Shown: positions 16,661 through 27,500 of the stretch, one piece after another
How positions within the stretch are numbered: position 1 is the first letter of the stretch
Layout: the number at the start of each line of letters is the position of its first letter
Source of the DNA: a virus
Lineage: Duplodnaviria > Heunggongvirae > Uroviricota > Caudoviricetes
Virus record (IMG/VR): IMGVR_UViG_2534682164_000009
Strand: one strand, 5' to 3'
Length of the DNA: 33,715 nucleotides
Notes under the pieces: model-generated
Told to the model about the DNA's origin: nothing
The model's input: the letters and a program-made list of their open reading frames with translations, nothing else
Database searches by the model: none
Made by a program: the position numbers and the translations under genes

Positions 16661-17236
16661 ATGGCGATAAAAGGGCTTGATCAGGCGATTGACAATCTGA
16701 ACCGGGTTCGTAAAAACGCCATTCCGGCTGCTTCTGCAATGACCATTAACCGCGTGGCCACAACGGCGATTAATCAGTCTTCGTCACAGGTTGCCCGGGA
16801 AACCAGGGTGAGACGGAAACTGGTAAAGGAACGGTCCAGACTGAAACGGGCGACGGTCAGAAATCCGAATGCCAGAATTATCGTTAACCGCGGTGATCTC
16901 CCTGTGATTAAGCTGGGGATCAGAATGCTGGGGCGTCGTCCGAACAGCATACTCAAAGCCGGTCAGCATCGTTATCAGCGGGCATTTATCCAGCGATTAA
17001 ATAATGGGCGCTGGCATGTTATGCAACGTCTTCCCCAGGCCAGATATGAGGAGGGCAATGACGACAAGGGAAGGAAAAAGCGTAATCGCCTTCCCATTCA
17101 GGTGGTGAAAATCCCGATGGCGGCCCCACTGAAACAGGCATTTGATGAGAATGTTGACCGTATCCGGCGTGAACGCCTGCCTAAAGAACTGGCATACGCG
17201 CTGAAACAACAACTGAGGATTGCGATAAAACGATGA
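16661..17236 (+). CDS. Z: tail completion protein, lambda gpZ-like
   Basis: MAIKGLDQAIDNLNRV… and C-terminal …[24 protein letters not shown] match lambda Z. Confidence 0.9.
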   Translation: MAIKGLDQAIDNLNRVRKNAIPAASAMTINRVATTAINQSSSQVARETRVRRKLVKERSRLKRATVRNPNARIIVNRGDLPVIKLGIRMLGRRPNSILKAGQHRYQRAFIQRLNNGRWHVMQRLPQARYEEGNDDKGRKKRNRLPIQVVKIPMAAPLKQAFDENVDRIRRERLPKELAYALKQQLRIAIKR

Positions 17237-17628
17237 AACACACTGACATTCGTGCCGCAGTGCTGGATGCACTCGAGCAGCATGAACACGGGGCGACGCT
17301 GTTTGATGGTCGCCCCGTTGTTTTTGACGAAGAGGATTTTCCTGCGATCGCGGTTTATCTGACGGATGCAGAGTATACCGGTGAAGAGCTGGATGCAGAT
17401 ACCTGGCGGGCCACACTGCATATTGAGGTGTTTTTACCGGCACAGGTACCTGATTCGGAGCTCGATCAGTGGATGGAAAGCCGGATTTATCCGGCGATGA
17501 CTGCGATCCCTGCACTGGCAGGACTGATTACCACGATGGTTACGCAGGGCTATGAGTATCGTCGTGATGACGATATGGCGTTATGGAGCTCTGCGGATCT
17601 GACTTATTCCATTACATACGAGATGTGA
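17233..17628 (+). CDS. U: tail terminator, lambda gpU-like
   Basis: 131 aa [15 protein letters not shown]… matches lambda U. Confidence 0.9.
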   Translation: MKHTDIRAAVLDALEQHEHGATLFDGRPVVFDEEDFPAIAVYLTDAEYTGEELDADTWRATLHIEVFLPAQVPDSELDQWMESRIYPAMTAIPALAGLITTMVTQGYEYRRDDDMALWSSADLTYSITYEM

Positions 17629-17635
17629 GGACGAT

Positions 17636-18388
17636 ATGGCAACACCAAATCCCCTGGAGCCGGTAAAAGGTGCCGGTACCACTCTGTGGGTTTACAACGG
17701 CAAGGCTGATGCTTATGCAAACCCGTTGTCAGACGATGACTGGCAGCGACTGGCTAAGGTGAAGGATCTGACGCCGGGCGAGATGACGGCTGAATCCTAT
17801 GATGATAACTACCTGGATGATGAAGACGCGGACTGGAGCGCGACCGGGCAGGGGCAGAAATCTGCAGGTGATACCAGTTTTACGCTGGCCTGGAAACCGG
17901 GAGAGGAAGGCCAGAAAGGGCTTATAGGCTGGTTTGAAAGCGGCGATGTCCGGGCCTATAAAATCCGTTTTCCGAATGGCACGGTGGATGTGTTTCGTGG
18001 CTGGGTCAGCAGTATCGGTAAGGCCGTGACGGCGAAAGAAGTGATCACCCGCACGGTGAAAGTCACTAACGTGGGTAAACCTTCTGTAGCGGAAGAACGC
18101 AGCAAAATTACGCCGGTCAGTGCGATTAAGGTGACGCCGACATCCGGTACGGTGGCAAAAGGGAAAACAACCACCCTGACGGTTTCTTTTGAGCCGGAAA
18201 GTGCAACCGACAAGACGTTCAGAGCGGTTTCCGCCGATCCGTCGAAAGCCACCATTAGTGTGAAAGATATGACAATTACGGTAAACGGCGTGGCGACAGG
18301 TAAGGTGCAGATCCCTGTGGTGAGCGGAAATGGTCAGTTCGCCGCAGTGGCTGAAGTCACCGTTACTGAAGCGGGCGCTGCAGGGTAA
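17636..18388 (+). CDS. V: major tail protein, lambda gpV-like
   Basis: 250 aa …[11 protein letters not shown]…[37 protein letters not shown]… matches lambda V. Confidence 0.9.
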   Translation: MATPNPLEPVKGAGTTLWVYNGKADAYANPLSDDDWQRLAKVKDLTPGEMTAESYDDNYLDDEDADWSATGQGQKSAGDTSFTLAWKPGEEGQKGLIGWFESGDVRAYKIRFPNGTVDVFRGWVSSIGKAVTAKEVITRTVKVTNVGKPSVAEERSKITPVSAIKVTPTSGTVAKGKTTTLTVSFEPESATDKTFRAVSADPSKATISVKDMTITVNGVATGKVQIPVVSGNGQFAAVAEVTVTEAGAAG

Positions 18389-18401
18389 ACGGAGGTAATA
18401 C

Positions 18402-18833
18402 ATGTTTCTGAAAACAGAACAATTTGAATATAACGGTGTGTCTGTCACGCTTTCCGAATTGTCTGCGCTGCAGCGTATCGAGCATCTTGCCCTCCTGAAA
18501 CGGCGTGCAGAACAGGCAGAATCCAGCGGCAACCTGCAGGTAAGCGTGGAAGATCTCGTCAGAACCGGCGCGTTTCTGGTGGCGATGTCCCTGTGGCATA
18601 ACCATCCACAGAAAACGCAGTCACCGTCAATGAATGAGGCCGTGATGAAGATAGAGCAGGAAGTGCTCACCACCTGGCCTGCCGATGCCATTGCCCGGGC
18701 GGAAGACGTGGTGTTGTGCCTGTCCGGGATGATCGAAGCTGTTCGTCCGGATACTGATATTACTGAAGTGGCGAAAAATAACACGCTGACTGATGATGAT
18801 TTTTCTGCGGGAAAGTCTTCGACGGCGAGCTGA
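18402..18833 (+). CDS. G: tail assembly chaperone, lambda gpG-like
   Basis: MFLKTEQFEYNGVSVTLSELSALQRIEHLALLKRRAEQAES… matches lambda G. Confidence 0.9.
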   Translation: MFLKTEQFEYNGVSVTLSELSALQRIEHLALLKRRAEQAESSGNLQVSVEDLVRTGAFLVAMSLWHNHPQKTQSPSMNEAVMKIEQEVLTTWPADAIARAEDVVLCLSGMIEAVRPDTDITEVAKNNTLTDDDFSAGKSSTAS

Positions 18834-19273
18834 ACTTTGCCCTCAGACTGGCGCGTGAGATGGGGAGACCCGACTGGCGCGCCATGCTTGCCGGGATGAC
18901 ATCCACCGAATATGCCGACTGGCGCCGTTTTTACCGCACGCATTATTTTCAGGATACCCAGCTGGATATGCATTTTTCCGGGCTGACGTACGCTGTACTC
19001 AGCCTGTTTTTTTGCGATCCGGATATGCATCCCTCTGATTTCAGTCTGCTTGTCCCCCGGCATGAGGAAGAGCAGGTGGAGAGGCCGGATGAGGACAAAA
19101 TGCTGATGCAGAAAGCGGCAGGACTTGCCGGAGGCGTCCGGTTCGGTGGGGACGGAGGGCGCGATATTTTATCGTCTGCGGATGTGGCGGATGTCATGGT
19201 GGATGATGCCGCATTAATGATGGCTTCAGCGGGGATTCCGGGAGGTGTGAGATATGTCCCAGCCGGTTGGTGA
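18809..19273 (+). CDS. T: gpT-like frame, expressed as G-T fusion by -1 frameshift at GGGAAAG (18809-18815)
   Basis: Conserved slippery heptamer at the end of G; -1 frame open to 19273. Confidence 0.8.
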   Translation, partial: GKVFDGELNFALRLAREMGRPDWRAMLAGMTSTEYADWRRFYRTHYFQDTQLDMHFSGLTYAVLSLFFCDPDMHPSDFSLLVPRHEEEQVERPDEDKMLMQKAAGLAGGVRFGGDGGRDILSSADVADVMVDDAALMMASAGIPGGVRYVPAGW

Positions 19274-21827
19274 TCTTGTTATTGACCTGAGTCTGGATGC
19301 TGTCCGTTTCGATGAGCAGATGAGCCGGGTAAGGCGTCATTTTTCAGGTCTGGATACCGACGCCAGAAAAACCGCCAGTGCTGTTGAACAGGGCCTGAGC
19401 CGCCAGGCGCTGGCTGCACAAAAAGCCGGGATTTCCGTCGGGCAGTATAAAGCGGCCATGCGAACCCTGCCCGCACAGTTTACGGATATCGCCACGCAGC
19501 TTGCCGGTGGTCAGAATCCCTGGCTGATCCTGCTGCAACAGGGCGGTCAGGTGAAGGACTCCTTCGGCGGGATGATCCCCATGTTCAGGGGGCTTGCCGA
19601 TGCGATCACCCTGCCGATGGTCGGGGTCACCTCGCTGGCGGTGGCGACAGGTGCACTGGTGTACGCCTGGTACCAGGGAGATTCCACGCTTTCAGCGTTT
19701 AATAAAACCCTGGTTCTTTCCGGTAATCAGTCCGGACTGACTGCCGATCGTATGCTGACTCTCTCAAGAGCCGGGCAGGCAGCAGGGCTGACGTTTAACC
19801 AGGCGAGAGAGTCACTGGCAGCCCTGGTGAATGCCGGTGTGCGTGGTGGTGAACAGTTTGATGCCATCAACCAGAGTGTCGCGCGTTTTGCGTCTGCATC
19901 CGGTGTGGAGGTGGATAAAGTCGCTGAAGCCTTCGGGAAGCTGACCACTGACCCGACGTCGGGACTGATGGCGATGGCGCGCCAGTTCCGTAACGTGACG
20001 GCAGAGCAGATTGCGTATGTTGCACAGCTGCAGCGTTCCGGAGACGAGGCCGGGGCATTGCAGGCGGCGAACGATATCGCCACGAAAGGCTTTGATGAGC
20101 AGACCCGTCGCCTGAAAGAAAACATGGGAACACTGGAGACCTGGGCGGATAAAACAGGGAAGGCATTCAAATCGATGTGGGATGCCATTCTGGATATCGG
20201 TCGTCCGGAATCCTCAGCGGATATGCTCGCCAGTGCGCAGAAGGCATTTGATGAGGCGGATAAAAAATGGCAGTGGTACCAGAGTCGGAGCCAGCGCCGC
20301 GGTAAAACCTCCTCTTTCCGGGCCAACCTTCAGGGCGCATGGGATGACCGGGAAAATGCCCGTCTGGGTCTGGCAGCGGCAACGCTGCAGTCGGATATGG
20401 AAAAAGCCGGTGAACTGGCGGCAAGGGACAGGGCTGAGCGTGAGTCGTCACAGCTGAAGTATACCGGAGAGGCGCAGAAGGCGTATGAGCGCCTGCTGAC
20501 GCCACTGGAGAAATATACCGCCCGGCAGGAAGAGCTGAATAAGGCCCTGAAAGACGGGAAAATCCTGCAGGCGGATTACAACACGCTGATGGCGTCGGCA
20601 AAAAAGGATTATGAGTCGACGCAGAAAAAGCCGTCCGGTGTGAAGGTGTCTGCCGGTGAGCGCCAGGAAGACCAGGCGCATGCAGCCCTGCTGGCGCTTG
20701 AAACTGAGCTCAGGACGCTGGAGAAGCACAGCGGTGCGAATGAAAAAATCAGCCAGCAGCGCCGTGATTTATGGAAAGCGGAAAATCAGTATGTGGTCCT
20801 GAAAGAGGCCGCCACGAAACGGCAGTTATCTGAGCAGGAAAAATCCCTGCTGGCCCATGAGAAAGAAACGCTGGAGTACAAACGCCAGCTGGCTGAGCTG
20901 GGCGACAAGATTGAACACCAGAAACGGCTGAATGAGCTGGCACAGCAGGCGGCGCGGTTTGAACAGCAGCAGAGCGCGAAGCAGGCGGCAATCAGCGCAA
21001 AAGCCCGCGGACTCACCGACCGTCAGGCGCAGCGGGAGTCGGAAGAGCAGCGCCTTCGTGAGGTGTACGGTGATAATCCGGCTGCGCTGGCGAAGGCCAC
21101 ATCTGCACTGAAGAACACCTGGTCTGCGGAGGAGCAGCTTCGTGGAAGCTGGATGGCCGGGATGAAGTCCGGCTGGGGCGAGTGGGCGGAAAGTGCGACG
21201 GACAGTTTTTCGCAGGTTAAAAACGCGGCCACGCAGACCTTTGACGGTATTGCACAGAATATGGCAGCGATGCTGATCGGCAGCGAACAGAACTGGCGTG
21301 GTTTCACCCGTTCTGTGCTGTCCATGCTGACAGAGATTTTTCTGAAGCAGGCGATGGTGGGGATAGTCGGGAGTATCGGCAGCGCCATTGGCGGTGCTTT
21401 CGGTGGTGGTGCGTCTGCCTCCACGGGGACGGCCATTCAGGCTGCGGCGGCGAACTTCCATTTCGCGACCGGGGGATTTACGGGGACGGGGGGTAAATAT
21501 GAACCTGCGGGGATTGTTCATCGCGGGGAGTTTGTCTTCACGAAGGAGGCGACCAGCCGGATTGGTGTCGGCAATCTGTACCGCCTGATGCGGGGCTATG
21601 CGGAAGGTGGTTATGTCGGCGGTGCCGGAAGTCCGGCGCAGATGCGGCGGGCGGAAGGCATTAATTTTAATCAGAACAATCACGTGGTGATTCAGAACGA
21701 CGGCCCCAACGGGCGGGCAGGGCCGCAGCTGATGAAAGCGGTGTATGAGATGGCCCGCAAGGGGGCACAGGATGAACTCCGGCTGCAGTTGCGTGATGGC
21801 GGTATGTTATCAGGGAGCGGTGGATGA
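19254..21827 (+). CDS. H: tail tape-measure protein, lambda gpH-like
   Basis: 857 aa, collinear with lambda H (MSQPVGDLVIDLSLDAVRFDEQMSRVRRHFSG… …FHFATGGFTGTGGKYEPAGIVHRGEFVFTKEATSRIGVGNLYRLMRGYAEGG). Confidence 0.95.
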   Translation: MSQPVGDLVIDLSLDAVRFDEQMSRVRRHFSGLDTDARKTASAVEQGLSRQALAAQKAGISVGQYKAAMRTLPAQFTDIATQLAGGQNPWLILLQQGGQVKDSFGGMIPMFRGLADAITLPMVGVTSLAVATGALVYAWYQGDSTLSAFNKTLVLSGNQSGLTADRMLTLSRAGQAAGLTFNQARESLAALVNAGVRGGEQFDAINQSVARFASASGVEVDKVAEAFGKLTTDPTSGLMAMARQFRNVTAEQIAYVAQLQRSGDEAGALQAANDIATKGFDEQTRRLKENMGTLETWADKTGKAFKSMWDAILDIGRPESSADMLASAQKAFDEADKKWQWYQSRSQRRGKTSSFRANLQGAWDDRENARLGLAAATLQSDMEKAGELAARDRAERESSQLKYTGEAQKAYERLLTPLEKYTARQEELNKALKDGKILQADYNTLMASAKKDYESTQKKPSGVKVSAGERQEDQAHAALLALETELRTLEKHSGANEKISQQRRDLWKAENQYVVLKEAATKRQLSEQEKSLLAHEKETLEYKRQLAELGDKIEHQKRLNELAQQAARFEQQQSAKQAAISAKARGLTDRQAQRESEEQRLREVYGDNPAALAKATSALKNTWSAEEQLRGSWMAGMKSGWGEWAESATDSFSQVKNAATQTFDGIAQNMAAMLIGSEQNWRGFTRSVLSMLTEIFLKQAMVGIVGSIGSAIGGAFGGGASASTGTAIQAAAANFHFATGGFTGTGGKYEPAGIVHRGEFVFTKEATSRIGVGNLYRLMRGYAEGGYVGGAGSPAQMRRAEGINFNQNNHVVIQNDGPNGRAGPQLMKAVYEMARKGAQDELRLQLRDGGMLSGSGG

Positions 21828-22153
21828 AAACCTTTCGCTGGAAAGTGAAGCCGGATATGGAGGTGAACTCGCAGCCATCGGTGCGTGAAGTGCGTTTTGG
21901 TGACGGGTACTCACAGCGTATGGCGGCAGGGCTGAATGCTGACCTGAAAACATACAGGGTGACGCTTTCCGTGACCCGGGAGGAGGCCCGGCATCTGGAA
22001 GCGTTCCTGGCAGAGCACGGTGGCTGGAAGGCATTTTTGTGGAAGCCACCCTATGCATACCGGCAGATAAAGGTGACCTGTGCCGGGTGGTCTGCGCGGG
22101 TCGGGATGTTGCGCGTTGAGTTCAGCGCGGAGTTTAAGCAGGTGGTGAACTGA
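21824..22153 (+). CDS. M: tail tip protein, lambda gpM-like
   Basis: 109 aa MKTFRWKVKPDMEV… matches lambda M. Confidence 0.9.
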   Translation: MKTFRWKVKPDMEVNSQPSVREVRFGDGYSQRMAAGLNADLKTYRVTLSVTREEARHLEAFLAEHGGWKAFLWKPPYAYRQIKVTCAGWSARVGMLRVEFSAEFKQVVN

Positions 22154-22851
22154 TGCAGGATATTCGCGAAGAAAGTCTGAACGAGTCGGTTAAGTCAGAG
22201 CAGTCACCGCGGGTGGTACTCTGGGAAATCGACCTGACGGTACAGGGTGGTGAGCGGTATTTTTTCTGTAATGAGCTGAATGAAAAAGGGGAGCCGGTCA
22301 CCTGGCAGGGGCGTAAGTATGAGGCATACCCGATTGACGGCAGCGGCTTTGAGATGAACGGCCGGGGCAGCAGTGCCAGACCGTCGCTGACGGTGTCCAA
22401 TCTGTTCGGTCTGGTCACCGGGATGGCGGAAGACCTGCAGAGTCTGGTGGGGGCCACGGTGGTCCGCCGCCGGGTGTATGCCCGTTTTCTGGATGCGGTG
22501 AATTTCGTTGCGGGCAATCCGGAGGCGGACCCGGAGCAGGAGCTGAGTGACCGCTGGGTGGTGGAGCAGATGTCGCAGCTGACAGCCATGACGGCCTCGT
22601 TTGTGCTGGCTACACCGACCGAGACGGACGGGGCGCTGTTTCCCGGTCGCATCATGCTGGCGAACACCTGTATGTGGGATTACCGGGGAGATGAATGCGG
22701 GTATAACGGTCCTGCGGTGGCGGATGAGTTCGACAACCCCACCACGGATATCCGTAAGGACAGATGCAGCAAGTGCATGCGCGGGTGTGAACTGCGCAGG
22801 AATGTCGGCAATTTTGGCGGTTTCCTTTCCATTAATAAACTTTCGCAGTAA
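22153..22851 (+). CDS. L: tail tip protein, lambda gpL-like
   Basis: 232 aa MQDIREESLNES…FGGFLSINKLSQ matches lambda L. Confidence 0.9.
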   Translation: MQDIREESLNESVKSEQSPRVVLWEIDLTVQGGERYFFCNELNEKGEPVTWQGRKYEAYPIDGSGFEMNGRGSSARPSLTVSNLFGLVTGMAEDLQSLVGATVVRRRVYARFLDAVNFVAGNPEADPEQELSDRWVVEQMSQLTAMTASFVLATPTETDGALFPGRIMLANTCMWDYRGDECGYNGPAVADEFDNPTTDIRKDRCSKCMRGCELRRNVGNFGGFLSINKLSQ

Positions 22852-22861
22852 ATCCCGGTTT

Positions 22862-23605
22862 ATGACACAGACTGAATCAGCGATTCTGGCACATGCCCGG
22901 CGGTGTGCGCCTGCGGAGTCGTGCGGCTTCGTGATAAGCACGCCGGAGGGGGAGCGGTATATCCCTTGTGTGAATATTTCCGCAGAGCCGGAGGCGTATT
23001 TTCGTATCGCACCGGAAGACTGGCTGCGGGCAGAGATGCAGGGGGAGATTGTGGCACTGGTCCACAGTCATCCCGGTGGGCTGCCCTGGCTGAGCGAGGC
23101 TGACCGGCGGTTGCAGATAAAAAGCGCACTGCCCTGGTGGTTGGTCTGCCGGGGTGACATTCACAAATTCCGCTGTGTGCCACATCTGACAGGACGGCGC
23201 TTTGAGCACGGGGTGACGGACTGTTACACGCTGTTCCGGGATGCTTATCATCTGGCGGGGACTGAAATGCCGGATTTTCATCGCGAGGATGACTGGTGGC
23301 GCAACGGTCAGAACCTTTACCTGGACAATATGGCGGTCACCGGCTTTTACCGGGTGCCCCTGTCCTCTGCACAGGCGGGCGATATTCTGCTGTGCTGCTT
23401 TGGTGCTTCGGTACCGAACCATGCCGCCATTTACTGCGGCAACGGTGAGCTGCTTCACCATCTGCCTGAACAACTGAGTAAACGGGAGAGGTATTCCGAA
23501 AAATGGCAACGACGAACGCATTCAGTCTGGCGTCACCGCCACTGGCACGCATCTGCCTTCACGGGGATTTACAACGATTTGGCCGCCGCCTCAGCCTGTA
23601 TGTGA
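22862..23605 (+). CDS. K: tail tip assembly protein, lambda gpK-like
   Basis: MTQTESAILAHARRCAPAESCGF… matches lambda K; start ATG at 22862 (the track ORF begins further upstream in the same frame). Confidence 0.9.
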   Translation: MTQTESAILAHARRCAPAESCGFVISTPEGERYIPCVNISAEPEAYFRIAPEDWLRAEMQGEIVALVHSHPGGLPWLSEADRRLQIKSALPWWLVCRGDIHKFRCVPHLTGRRFEHGVTDCYTLFRDAYHLAGTEMPDFHREDDWWRNGQNLYLDNMAVTGFYRVPLSSAQAGDILLCCFGASVPNHAAIYCGNGELLHHLPEQLSKRERYSEKWQRRTHSVWRHRHWHASAFTGIYNDLAAASACM

Positions 23606-24183
23606 ACACGGCAGCGGAAGCCATTCGCGCCCTGTCGATGCAGATGCCGGGCTTTCGCCGTCAGATGAACGAAGGCTGGTACCAGATACGTATTGCCGGT
23701 TATGACACGGCACCGGAGGCGGTGTACGCCCGTCTTCACGAACAGCTGGGTGAGGGAACGGTCATCCACATTGTGCCGCGACTGGCCGGGGCCGGAAAGG
23801 GTGGACTGCAGATTGTGCTGGGGGCGGCAGCCATCGTGGGCTCTTTCTTCACTGCCGGGGCATCAATGGCGTTATGGGGTTCAGCCCTGGCAGCCGGTGG
23901 TTTTTCTGCCACCACGATGCTGTTTTCACTTGGAGCCAGCATGATTCTGGGCGGTGTGGCCCAGATGCTGGCCCCGAAGGCAAAAACACCGGATTACCGC
24001 GCAACGGATAACGGCAGACAGAACACGTACTTTTCCTCACTGGATAACATGATTGCCCAGGGGAACCCGATGCCGGTGCCTTACGGGGAAATGCTGGTTG
24101 GCTCCCGCCGTATATCCCAGGACATCAGCACCCGTGATGAAGGCGGGGGCGGAAAGGTCGTGGTTATCGGGCGGCAGGGGTAA
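23503..24183 (+). CDS. I: tail tip assembly protein, lambda gpI-like
   Basis: 226 aa …ARICLHGDLQRFGRR… …YFSSLDNMIAQGNPMPVPYGEMLVGSRRISQ… matches lambda I. Confidence 0.9.
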   Translation: MATTNAFSLASPPLARICLHGDLQRFGRRLSLYVNTAAEAIRALSMQMPGFRRQMNEGWYQIRIAGYDTAPEAVYARLHEQLGEGTVIHIVPRLAGAGKGGLQIVLGAAAIVGSFFTAGASMALWGSALAAGGFSATTMLFSLGASMILGGVAQMLAPKAKTPDYRATDNGRQNTYFSSLDNMIAQGNPMPVPYGEMLVGSRRISQDISTRDEGGGGKVVVIGRQG

Positions 24184-24394
24184 AAAGAATAAAAAATCCC
24201 GCAGTGATCGCGGACAGGAACTGCGGGAGAGTTACGAAGATTAAGTGTAAGGAATTATTCTTATATCACGACAAAAAATTAACGCAGAGAAATTATACGC
24301 GCCACAGTCAGTTTGTGAAAATGTGAAGATATTCAGAATTTTTATGCCATTACCGGTTTTAACCAACAGGATTATCGGTGGGCATGAAAGAAAA

Positions 24395-24427
24395 CCCCGG
24401 TATCTGCTGATACCGGGGTTTCTCTTT
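24395..24427. terminator. bidirectional intrinsic terminator inside the I-J intergenic insert
   Basis: Perfect 8-bp stem CCCCGGTA/TACCGGGG, 8-nt loop, A-rich 5' flank and T-rich 3' flank. Confidence 0.7.
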
Positions 24428-24524
24428 AGCATGGCAGAAATGTGTTTCATGCTTTTCGGGCGAAGGATATCCGACTTCTGTACGGAATGGCAAGTGGCGG
24501 TTAATTTATTCAGGGGAAGGCTGT

Positions 24525-27500
24525 ATGGGAAAAGGTGGCGGTAAGGCACACACGCCTCGTGAGGCGAAGGATAATCTCAAATCCACGCAGATGATGAGCG
24601 TGATTGATGCGATTGGTGAGGGACTGATAGAAGGTCCGGTGAAGGGACTGCAGAGTATCCTGGTGAACAAAACCCCGCTGACGGACACGGACGGTAATCC
24701 CGTGATACACGGTGTGACGGCGGTCTGACGCGCCGGGGAGCAGGAGCAGACACCACCGGAAGGCTTTGAGTCCTCCGGTGCTGAAACCGGACTGGGCGTG
24801 GAAGTGACGAAGGCAAAACCGGTGACGCGCACCATTACGTCCGCGAACATTGACCGCCTGCGGGTTACCTTCGGGGTGCAGTCACTGGTGCAGACCACGT
24901 CAAAGGGTGACCGAAACCCGACATCCGTCCGCCTGCTGATTCAGTTACAGCGTAACGGTAACTGGGTGACAGAAAAGGATGTCACCATTAACGGCAAGAC
25001 CACCTCGCAGTTTCTGGCGTCGGTGATTCTGGATAATCTGCCTCCCCGTCCTTTTAACATCCGGATGGTCCGGGAGACAGCGGACAGCACCACGGACCAG
25101 CTGCAGAATAAGACGCTGTGGTCGTCATACACCGAAATCATCGATGTGAAACAGTGCTACCCGAACACGGCCATTGTGGGGCTGCAGGTGGATGCGGAGC
25201 AGTTCGGCGGCCAGCAGATGACGGTGAACTACCATATCCGCGGTCGCATCATCCAGGTGCCGTCAAACTATGACCCGGAAAAACGCACGTACAGTGGTAT
25301 CTGGGACGGTAGCCTGAAACCGGCATACAGCAACAATCCGGCCTGGTGTCTGTGGGACATGCTGACTCACCCGCGCTACGGCATGGGAAAACGTCTGGGG
25401 GCGGCGGATGTGGACAAGTGGGCGCTGTATGCCATCGGGCAGTACTGCGACCAGACGGTCCCGGATAGTTTCGGGGAGACCGAGCCGCGGATGACCTTCA
25501 ATGCGTACCTGGCACAACAGCGTAAGGCATGGGACGTGCTCAGTGATTTCTGCTCGGCGATGCGCTGTATGCCGGTATGGAACGGCCAGACGCTGACGTT
25601 TGTTCAGGACCGCCCGTCGGATGTGGTGTGGCCGTACACCAACAGCGATGTGGTGGTGGATGATAACGGCGTGGGTTTCCGCTACAGCTTCAGTGCCCTG
25701 AAGGACCGGCACACGGCGGTGGAGGTGAATTATACCGACCCGCAGAACGGCTGGCAGACCTCCACGGAACTGGTGGAAGACCCGGAAGCCATACTGCGCT
25801 ACGGACGCAACCTGCTGAAGATGGACGCGTTCGGCTGTACCAGCCGCGGTCAGGCCCACCGTGCCGGACTGTGGGTGATAAAGACCGAACTGCTGGAAAC
25901 GCAGACGGTGGATTTCACGCTCGGGTCTCAGGGGCTGCGGCACACACCCGGTGACATCATTGAAATCTGTGATAACGACTATGCCGGGACCCTGACCGGC
26001 GGACGTGTCCTGTCCATTGATGCTGCCACCCGCACTCTGACGCTGGACCGTGAAGTGACACTTCCGGAGACCGGTGCCGCCACGGTGAACCTGATTAACG
26101 GCAGCGGTAAGCCGGTGAGTGTGGACATCACCGAACACCCCGCGCCGGACCGGATACAGGTCAGTACCCTGCCTGATGGTGTGGAGACATACGGGGTGTG
26201 GGGACTCTCCCTGCCGTCACTGCGCCGTCTCCTGTTCCGCTGTGTCTCCGTCCGGGAAAACACGGACGGCACCTTTGCCATCACGGCGGTGCAGCACGTA
26301 CTGGAAAAAGAAGCCATCGTGGATAACGGTGCCCGCTTTGAGCCGCAGTCAGGTTCCCTGAACAGCGTCATCCCACCGGCAGTGCAGCACCTGACGGCCA
26401 GTATCTGGCGCAGGCGAAATGGGACACGCCGCGGGTGGTGAAGGGTGTGCGCTTCAGTCTGCGCCTGACCAGTGGTAAGGGAACGGATGCCAGACTGGTG
26501 ACCACCGCCATCACCGCAGACACGGAGCACCGTTTCAGCGGCCTGCCGCTCGGGGAATACACCCTGACGGTGCGGGCGATAAACAGCTATGGCCAGCAGG
26601 GTGAACCTGCCACCACCACCTTCCGGATTGCCGCACCGGCAGCACCGTCGCGGATTGAGCTGACGCCGGGCTATTTTCAGATAACCGCAACGCCGCATCT
26701 TGCCGTTTATGACCCGACGGTACAGTTTGAGTTCTGGTTCTCGGAAAAGCGGATTGCGGATATCAGGCAGGTTGAAACCAGCGCCCGCTATCTTGGCACG
26801 GCGCTGTACTGGATAGCCGCCAGTATCAATATCAAACCGGGCCATGATTATTATTTTTACGTTCGCAGTGTGAACACCGTTGGCAAATCGGCATTCGTGG
26901 AGGCTGTCGGTCGGGCGAGCGATGATGCGGAAGGTTACTTGGATTTTTTCAAAGGAGAGATAGGGAAAACACATCTGGCTCAGGAGCTGTGGACGCAGAT
27001 TGATAACGGTCAGCTTGCGCCTGACCTGGCTGAAATCAGGACGTCCATTACGGATGTCAGCAATGAAATCACGCAGACTGTCAATAAGAAACTGAAAGAC
27101 CAGAGTGCGGCAATCCAGCAGATACAGAAGGTTCAGGTTGATACAAATAATAATCTGAACAGCATGTGGGCTGTGAAGCTGCAACAGATGAAGGACGGAC
27201 GCCTTTATATTGCGGGTATCGGTGCCGGTATTGAGAATACGCCAGCAGGAATGCAGAGTCAGGTGCTGCTGGCGGCAGACAGGATTGCGATGATTAATCC
27301 TGCGAATGGCAACACAAAGCCGATGTTTGTTGGTCAGGGCGATCAGATATTCATGAACGACGTGTTCCTGAAACGCCTGACGGCTCCCACCATTACCAGC
27401 GGCGGTAATCCTCCGGCATTTTCCCTGACACCGGACGGAAAACTGACCGCTAAAAATGCAGATATCAGTGGCAGTGTGAATGCGAACGCCGGGACGCTCA

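Noticed and set aside
17729-19063. 444-aa reverse-strand ORF
   Set aside because: Antisense to V, G and T, which have clear lambda homology; Arg/Cys-rich composition typical of a spurious antisense frame.
19727-21683. Several reverse-strand ORFs of 80-285 aa
   Set aside because: All antisense to the tape-measure gene H; no ribosome-binding sites; composition biased.
22204-23521. Reverse-strand ORFs of 107-245 aa and alternative + frames
   Set aside because: Overlap L, K and I on the wrong strand or frame.
24241-24549. ORFs of 102 aa (-) and 73 aa (+) in the I-J gap
   Set aside because: Both read through a perfect 8-bp-stem terminator hairpin and lack ribosome-binding sites; the gap is more likely non-coding.
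24726-24728. TGA in J as programmed recoding (selenocysteine or read-through)
   Set aside because: No SECIS-like stem-loop directly downstream and no precedent in J proteins; a nonsense mutation or base-call error is simpler.
25263-27184. 291-aa and 401-aa reverse-strand ORFs
   Set aside because: Antisense to J, whose reading frame is supported by collinearity with lambda J.
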